The notes under the pieces: model-generated
Told to the model about the DNA's origin: nothing
Database searches by the model: none
What the model saw: only the letters and a program-made list of their open reading frames with translations
Shown: positions 58,647 to 64,000 of the stretch, in pieces
How the letters are laid out: the number at the start of each line of letters is the position of its first letter
Position numbering within the stretch: the stretch's first letter is position 1
Made by a program: the position numbers and the translations under genes
Assembly: GCA_024275145.1 (NCBI GenBank)
Contig: JAJRZR010000079.1
Span: 384-64,383 of the forward strand
DNA: 64,000 nucleotides
Direction: 5' to 3'
Source of the DNA: Deltaproteobacteria bacterium
Lineage (GTDB): Bacteria > Desulfobacterota > Dissulfuribacteria > Dissulfuribacterales > QOAL01

Positions 58647-59826
58647 GCAGGAATTTACCGGAGGATATCCAGTCTCTTAATATCTGGGCTATCTCCCTGG
58701 CCCTGACATAGCTGGAAAGCGGCGCTGTTTTTACCTCCTTGTCCCCAATCCTTATCATACCCGTCTTTAACTGCGCGTATGTCACCTCTTTCAGGCTTCT
58801 GCCCTGTCCCCTTGGATAGTCCTTTCCGTAATCCACCACCTGGGTGACTATCTCCTCGTCGGAGACCCCGGTCCTGAAGGCAATCTCCTCATTTAATATG
58901 GGAATTGGCACACCAAGCCCCACGGCAAGTGAGCAGCCATAACCAAGAAGACTAACCCCGACAAGCCATCTGGGACTCATGTGTTTCAAGTCCCCCATCA
59001 CCATGAGCGTACCACCCGGCCGTTTCGGAAGGCCCCTTTCCGTGCGGGGAACTCCGGGGTTATGCTGGGTACCTGCCGCTACCACGTAGCCGGTTCCTCC
59101 CCCCAGGAATATACGGGTACCAACGCCAATCGTCTGGTAATACGGATCATTGAAAAGGGGGCTGAGCTGCCCGCTGGTACAGTAATTTGCATTGCCCATT
59201 CTGGGCCTTAGCGTACCCATATATGTATAGATGGTTTTGTCCGTAACGTTTACAGCGCAATTATAGTTCTGGTAGGCATTTCTGGGATTGCAAAGCTGGG
59301 CAAAGGGCAGATCGGAAAGGGACACCCTCTTATCCAGTGCCTTCCTGGGATAACAATGGGTTCCATAGGCCTCAGCCCTGAGGTGAACCGTCTTCCCTGC
59401 CACCAGGTCCTGTATAACGTGTCCTCCACCATACAGGAACTCTCCAGGATATTTAAGGTTCAAGGGGTCATCCACCCTGGGTTCGGTAGCTCCTATGTAT
59501 ATATCCACCGCAGCCAACCCGGCATATGCCGGGACGCCGTTGACCCATACCTGTGACGCCTTGATTCCGGGTACGCTATGACCAAAATTGATGAATGCCC
59601 CTGAGGAACACATTGGTGAAAACGTACCGGTAGTTACTACGTCCACCTCCTGAGCAGCCCTTATCTCTCCTTGCTTTCTTACGATTCCAATCATTTCCTC
59701 GGCGGTGACCACGACCGCCTTCCCTGAACGAATCTTTTCGTTTATCTCTTCCAGGCTCTTGCTAATCTGATAATGGCTCATCTGAATATCCCGGTCGTTT
59801 TTCAGGGCGTTTACATTTTTTTCCAC
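58594..59826 (-). CDS. DUF39 / COG1900 homocysteine-biosynthesis-type protein
   Basis: 'INEKIRSGKAVVVTAEEM', 'VDVVTTGTFSPMCSSGAFINFGH', 'YQNYNCAVN', 'IGVGTRIFLGGGTGYVVAAGTQH'. Confidence 0.85.
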   Translation of the reverse strand: MEKNVNALKNDRDIQMSHYQISKSLEEINEKIRSGKAVVVTAEEMIGIVRKQGEIRAAQEVDVVTTGTFSPMCSSGAFINFGHSVPGIKASQVWVNGVPAYAGLAAVDIYIGATEPRVDDPLNLKYPGEFLYGGGHVIQDLVAGKTVHLRAEAYGTHCYPRKALDKRVSLSDLPFAQLCNPRNAYQNYNCAVNVTDKTIYTYMGTLRPRMGNANYCTSGQLSPLFNDPYYQTIGVGTRIFLGGGTGYVVAAGTQHNPGVPRTERGLPKRPGGTLMVMGDLKHMSPRWLVGVSLLGYGCSLAVGLGVPIPILNEEIAFRTGVSDEEIVTQVVDYGKDYPRGQGRSLKEVTYAQLKTGMIRIGDKEVKTAPLSSYVRAREIAQILRDWISSGKFLLAQPQELLPSERIETRD

Positions 59827-59873
59827 TTTCCCTGCCCTTCAGGATTAGGCAATTGCAGGATTTAGCTCGTATT

Positions 59874-60476
59874 TCAATCCAGTATTGAAACGACCCTATG
59901 CCCCAATGCCTCGATCGCCTCTACTATGGGTTTCAACTCCCCCTTCTCCAACCTGATGTAATGGATCTTTTTCTTGGTTGTCTGTGTCTCCACCCCCACA
60001 CTCATGACTTTGCCCCCTTCCTGCCTTATTAACCTTAAGATATCATCGATATTTCCAACCCGTTCATCAATGATGACATCTACACGGGAACTTTCCTTCA
60101 AAAGACCCAGGAGCTCAATAAAGGCCGCCAGGATATCAGTGATGGTGAGGATACCCACCAATTTTCTTTTTTCAAGTACCGGTAACCCGCCTATCTTGAA
60201 TTGATGAATCAGTCTTGCAGCCGAATCGACACTGGCATTCGGGTCTATGATTATGGGATTTACGATCATCACATCGGAAACCGATATGTCCTCAACCATC
60301 GCCGGGAAAAAATACTGACGCAGATTACTCTCTGTCACAAGCCCTTGCATGGTGCCGTTCTCAATCACCGGCAGGTGCCTTATGGAGTGACGATGCATCA
60401 ATTCTATCGCCTCCTTGACCGAAGCGTTGGGAGAAACGGTGATCACATCCTTGACCATCCAATTTTTTACCTTCAA
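59874..60476 (-). CDS. CBS-pair protein with C-terminal ACT-like domain (AcuB-like)
   Basis: 'VKNWMVKDVITVSPNASVKEAIELMHRHSIRHLPV' and a second CBS motif, followed by 'RVDVIIDERVGNIDDILRLIRQEGGKVMSVGV'. Confidence 0.8.
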   Translation of the reverse strand: MKVKNWMVKDVITVSPNASVKEAIELMHRHSIRHLPVIENGTMQGLVTESNLRQYFFPAMVEDISVSDVMIVNPIIIDPNASVDSAARLIHQFKIGGLPVLEKRKLVGILTITDILAAFIELLGLLKESSRVDVIIDERVGNIDDILRLIRQEGGKVMSVGVETQTTKKKIHYIRLEKGELKPIVEAIEALGHRVVSILD

Positions 60477-60645
60477 TTTCCTTTGAAACTCCTGTTACGA
60501 AGTAGGCCAGTTGGCGCAAATAGATTGGGATTAAGCTGGGGCTAATCTTATGTCACAGGCAGGGCTATTTCAAGGGAAATTCAAGCCTATCAAATATAGG
60601 AATTTTAGTGGAAGCAAACAAGTGACGGGGAATGATCCCTCCCTA

Positions 60646-60674
60646 TTGCCTTATACGATGTCAGACTGTATTTT
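60646..60674 (+). promoter_or_regulatory. Sigma-70-type promoter candidate for the small basic ORF
   Basis: TTGCCT (60646-60651), a 17-nt spacer, then TATTTT (60669-60674). Confidence 0.3.
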
Positions 60675-60731
60675 CCACTCATCCCGTGAGTGGTTACAGC
60701 TATCCTATTCGAAACAAGGAGGGATTATTGT

Positions 60732-60842
60732 ATGGCCAGACACAAGAAAATCGAAAGAAGAAGAGAGATCGAAAGAAGACGCAGGCGCAAAAAAAAGAGG
60801 ATGAAGCTGAGGGCAAAGGGGCTTGTTCCAGGAAGATCATGA
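60732..60842 (+). CDS. 36-aa Arg/Lys-rich small protein (not in the ORF track)
   Basis: ATG 60732 lies 8 nt after AAGGAGGG (60716-60723). Product: MARHKKIERRREIERRRRRKKKRMKLRAKGLVPGRS. Stop is TGA at 60840-60842, and a terminator-like hairpin follows. Confidence 0.45.
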   Translation: MARHKKIERRREIERRRRRKKKRMKLRAKGLVPGRS

Positions 60843-60873
60843 TTTAAGCTGAAATACAGCCCTGATCTGATGA

Positions 60874-60929
60874 AGGGCGCATTTAACGACAAATATGCAC
60901 TTCAACTACCGATGCGCCCTGCCTTTTAC
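60874..60929 (+). terminator. Terminator candidate after the small basic ORF
   Basis: Perfect 9-bp stem AGGGCGCAT (60874-60882) / ATGCGCCCT (60912-60920), followed by GCCTTTTAC. The loop is long (29 nt). Confidence 0.4.
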
Positions 60930-60954
60930 AAGCCGGGCAGCGTGAAAATTGCCG

Positions 60955-61731
60955 CTAGGATTGACAGGGCCTCACTGTGCCCTTGTTTATCATTGCAGCA
61001 AGCACCGCTGCCCCGAATCCATTGTCTATATTTACCACTGCAACACCGGTGGAACAGGAATTTAGCATTGTCAGCAATGGGGCCAACCCGTTGAAATTGG
61101 CCCCATATCCAGTACTGGTTGGTACAGCTATTACCGGTACGCTGCTAAGGCCCCCGATGAGGCTGGGTAGGGCCCCATCCATACCTGCTATCGCAATGAC
61201 GACCCGTGCCGCCATAAGCATGTCAAGTCTTCCAAGCAGGCGGTGGACCCCGGCCACACCAACATCGAACAACTCTCTATGACCCTGCCCCATCAGTCTA
61301 AGGGTAAGGCAAGCTTCCTGGGCTATCGGCATGTCCGCAGTACCTGCTGCTATGACCAGTATATTACTCGAGGGTGTTTCCTCTACCTGATCCTTGGGAG
61401 ATACCCAGCTCATGGCACGGGCATCAGGGTGATATTTTATGTCAGGCAACCGGCTGAGGACATATTCGGCCTGCTTTCTTGATACCCTGGTTACCAACAA
61501 GGGACCCCCTGTTTCCATCAGTCTACTCATGATCCCGAGCAGTTGCCGGGGTGTCTTTCCCGGTCCGTACACCACTTCCGGAAATCCTTCTCGTAGTTGC
61601 CGGTGGTGATCGATACACGCCCAACCGATGTCTTCAAAGGGCAAACGGCGCAGTGCCTCTAAGGCCTCTTCCACCGATATATTACCCGTCTTAACGGATT
61701 CCAACAGGGATCGGATGGATCTTTCGTTCAT
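60955..61731 (-). CDS. larB: LarB (nickel-pincer cofactor biosynthesis; AIR-carboxylase-like NaAD carboxylase/hydrolase)
   Basis: 'IDHHRQLREGFPEVVYGPGKT', 'IAAGTADMPIAQEA', 'IAIAGMDGALPSLIGGL', 'VIAVPTSTGYGA'. Confidence 0.85.
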   Translation of the reverse strand: MNERSIRSLLESVKTGNISVEEALEALRRLPFEDIGWACIDHHRQLREGFPEVVYGPGKTPRQLLGIMSRLMETGGPLLVTRVSRKQAEYVLSRLPDIKYHPDARAMSWVSPKDQVEETPSSNILVIAAGTADMPIAQEACLTLRLMGQGHRELFDVGVAGVHRLLGRLDMLMAARVVIAIAGMDGALPSLIGGLSSVPVIAVPTSTGYGANFNGLAPLLTMLNSCSTGVAVVNIDNGFGAAVLAAMINKGTVRPCQS

Positions 61732-61923
61732 GGCAAATGGTTATCAGGGCGTTAGTCACAAAAAGATATTCGGTGTTTTCCTGCCCAGGGATACCTGCAC
61801 AAGCAAGAGTTCTCATGAGGTTCAGGCCCTTGGCAGCCTGTTTTTATGTCCCGTGGGTAAAGAAAAGTCAAAGTTACAGGCCGCATGAAGGTTGAGATGA
61901 TGCGGAAAGGCCCCGGAACGACA

Positions 61924-62508
61924 CTATCTCAGGTATTCCTTCAAGGGTGCCAACTGTCTTTCGAACTGTTCTGCAATCTCTGACGATATTCTGGACCATT
62001 CCTGCTCCATGGCGGCTACGGCATTCAGATCAAGCCTCCCTCTTTCTCCCGCAGGTCCTCCGGCACCATATCCTTCCACCCCGCCCTGGGCCTGGACCTG
62101 TGCCTTGAATTGCTGTATGTAGCTGTCCATCGTTTGTTCGTAGCCCCTTAACAATTCTTCGATACGTGGAACCACCTGTTGGGCCATGCTACCCTTCAAC
62201 TCTATCAGTCCCTTCAGTGCCCTCTCAATGGTTCGCCACTGATCCTTGTCCCTGGGCAAGACCACATTTCTCAGGAGGCATTCGGTGGCACCCTCCAGGA
62301 CATGCCTTATGGCTCTGCCAGGGACATCCTGAAGCCTGTCCTGAAGCCTGTCTACCTTCCCAGCAAGAAACGAAGCCGCAATCCTCTTTCCTTCTTCGTT
62401 CCACTTCCTTGATTCAAGTTCCTCAGGCTTCATCTTGCCGAGCTTGTCGGCCTTTTCCATGGCAATTTCAAACGCACTTCTTATTTCACCCATTGTATTT
62501 CTCTCCAA
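61924..62508 (-). CDS. Hypothetical helical protein
   Basis: 194-aa ORF with a protein-like composition; I do not recognise a family. Start at 62508 or 62493. Confidence 0.5.
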   Translation of the reverse strand: MERNTMGEIRSAFEIAMEKADKLGKMKPEELESRKWNEEGKRIAASFLAGKVDRLQDRLQDVPGRAIRHVLEGATECLLRNVVLPRDKDQWRTIERALKGLIELKGSMAQQVVPRIEELLRGYEQTMDSYIQQFKAQVQAQGGVEGYGAGGPAGERGRLDLNAVAAMEQEWSRISSEIAEQFERQLAPLKEYLR

Positions 62509-62725
62509 TGCAATTTAACCTTTAATCCGCTGGCCCATCTGTAGCTGCTACCCCGCCACATGGCCTCGCAAGCACCTCCAGGGTCTAAGCGGGTATACCT
62601 GTACCGCTGTGTTGACAGCATAACTTTGTGCCAAAGGGTAATCAAGCCTTGGATGGTCCAGGCCATCCCCAGACCGTGCAGGGACGCTGATACTAACAAT
62701 CAAACATACCGCAGGAGAAGGTTCT

Positions 62726-64000
62726 ATGTCTGACATGATACAGGATTTCATGGAACAGTTGATGAAGCCGGAAACCTACCCCAACAAGGCAGACATGGTG
62801 GAGTTGATCCAGACGCACATATCATGGGTATTCCTCGTGGGAAACAGGGTCTACAAGATCAAAAAGCCGGTAAATTTTGGATTCCTGGATTTTACCACGG
62901 TCGAAAAGAGGCACTTCTACTGTCTCGAGGAATTGCGCCTCAACAGAAGGCTTTGTCCGGAGATCTATCTGGACTGTTATTCGATAGGCCTGGGAGACGG
63001 CAGGATATTGTTCAATGCCCAGGGGAAAGCGATCGACTGGGCAGTGGTCATGAAACGGATGCCCGAAGAGGGTATGATGCAGCGTCTCATAACCATGGAG
63101 GAGATGGATAACCAAAAGATAGACGTCATCACCCGGAAGCTGGCGCCTTTCTATGAAGAGGCCGATGCCGGTCCGGAGGTGGCCAGGTATGGGAACCTCG
63201 ATGTCATCATACAAAATACAGAGGAAAATTTTGAACAGACCAGGGATTACGTGGGGAAGCTGATAGGACACGATGCCTATGACAAAATATGTGATTTCAC
63301 CAGGACCTTTGTCCGAAAACACGAAGGGCTGTTCCTTGCAAGGGTGCGACAGGGATGGATAAAGGACGGACATGGGGATCTGTATTCTGCAAATATCTGC
63401 TTTGACCTGCCTGAAAAGGATGTCTATATCTTCGACTGCATAGAGTTCAATGACCGATTCAGGTGTGGTGACGTGGCCTCTGACGTAGCATTCCTCGCGA
63501 TGGACCTTGATTTCAACGGCCTTTTAGTCCTTTCGAAATATTTCCTGAATAATTTTTCGGATAAGATGCATGATCCGGGCCTCCTGGAACTTTCAAGGTT
63601 TTATATGTGCTACAGGGCCTATGTCAGGGGCAAGATTGGCTGTTTCACCTGGTCGGATGAGGCTGCCAATGAGGAAACCAGGAACAAGGCCAAGGAACAA
63701 GCGGAAGATTATTTCAAGCTGGCACTATGGTATGCCGGTGGGTTGAAACCAGGTGACATATATTGTTTTTTTGGCCTGTCCGGCACGGGCAAATCCACCC
63801 TTGCAGAATCCTTCGCCCAGCGCCATGGTTTGCCTGTATTCAATTCAGACCGTATCCGTAAAGAAATGGTGGCCCAGGTACCCGCAACGGAAAGGCACCT
63901 TGAACCCTATGGCAGGGGCATTTATGGAAGACAGTTTACACGCAAGACCTATTCGGCGCTCTTGAGATCCGCGGCAAAGAAGATCGTAACCGGCAGGGCC
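62726..64000 (+). CDS. Bifunctional aminoglycoside-phosphotransferase-like kinase / P-loop AAA protein (partial, 3' end beyond the window)
   Basis: Not in the ORF track because there is no stop before the window edge. ATG 62726 follows AGGAGAAG. 425 in-frame codons with no stop. 'THISWVFLVGNRVYKIKKPV', 'HGDLYSANICF', Walker A 'FFGLSGTGKSTLA'. Confidence 0.8.
   Translation, partial: MSDMIQDFMEQLMKPETYPNKADMVELIQTHISWVFLVGNRVYKIKKPVNFGFLDFTTVEKRHFYCLEELRLNRRLCPEIYLDCYSIGLGDGRILFNAQGKAIDWAVVMKRMPEEGMMQRLITMEEMDNQKIDVITRKLAPFYEEADAGPEVARYGNLDVIIQNTEENFEQTRDYVGKLIGHDAYDKICDFTRTFVRKHEGLFLARVRQGWIKDGHGDLYSANICFDLPEKDVYIFDCIEFNDRFRCGDVASDVAFLAMDLDFNGLLVLSKYFLNNFSDKMHDPGLLELSRFYMCYRAYVRGKIGCFTWSDEAANEETRNKAKEQAEDYFKLALWYAGGLKPGDIYCFFGLSGTGKSTLAESFAQRHGLPVFNSDRIRKEMVAQVPATERHLEPYGRGIYGRQFTRKTYSALLRSAAKKIVTGRA

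Noticed and set aside
62611-62640. Sigma-54-like element TTGGCACAAAGTTATGCT on the minus strand upstream of the 194-aa gene
   Set aside because: The GG-to-GC spacing is 11 nt rather than the strictly conserved 10 nt. Similar off-by-one matches occur inside uvrC (about 2054) and the kinase-like CDS (about 63713), so these look like chance matches.
62822-63373. 183-aa minus-strand ORF
   Set aside because: It is antisense to the unlisted + strand kinase-like CDS (62726..64000), which has clear APH and Walker-A motifs and a good SD.

Overview
This is a gene-dense 64-kb chromosomal segment with about 57 CDS on both strands, dominated by core housekeeping genes. These include speE, uvrC, mutL, miaA, a pgsA-like gene, lysS, hisS, aspS, adk, tlyA-clpS-clpA-glgP, hrpA, hup, a DAHP synthase, mrp/apbC and a TRAP transporter. 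The gene content (DUF39 homocysteine-type enzyme, LarB/LarE, a Re-citrate-synthase-like HMGL enzyme, HDOD/PilZ/degenerate-GGDEF signalling proteins, one PomA/MotB-type stator, FlgM) suggests an anaerobic Desulfobacterota-like organism; this is inference only. I found no rRNA, tRNA, CRISPR array, transposase, integrase or phage genes, so this is not an obvious mobile or defence island, and I cannot point to one clear-cut novel system. The best leads are as follows. (1) A motility and c-di-GMP neighbourhood in which a radical-SAM gene is translationally coupled to a DUF342/FapA-like gene, convergent with a sigma-28-type motA-motB-pilZ operon; its motA carries an in-frame TAG in front of a canonical C-terminal tail. 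(2) A larB / CBS-ACT / DUF39 / larE-like sulfur-chemistry cluster, interrupted by an opposite-strand mini transcription unit that encodes a 36-aa Arg/Lys-rich peptide the ORF track missed. (3) An mrp / Cys-rich PAS kinase / methyltransferase / degenerate GGDEF-pseudoreceiver-DHp-only operon. (4) Three ORF-poor spacers of about 0.5-0.8 kb that carry near-identical 80-nt direct repeats, a perfect 16-bp palindrome and phased GGAAA-Tn-TTTCC motifs. The ORF track also misses a partial CDS that runs off the 3' edge (62726..64000). Several start codons were moved from the track coordinates on the basis of SD sites and homologous N-termini. All family assignments come from motif recognition by eye, not from searches.
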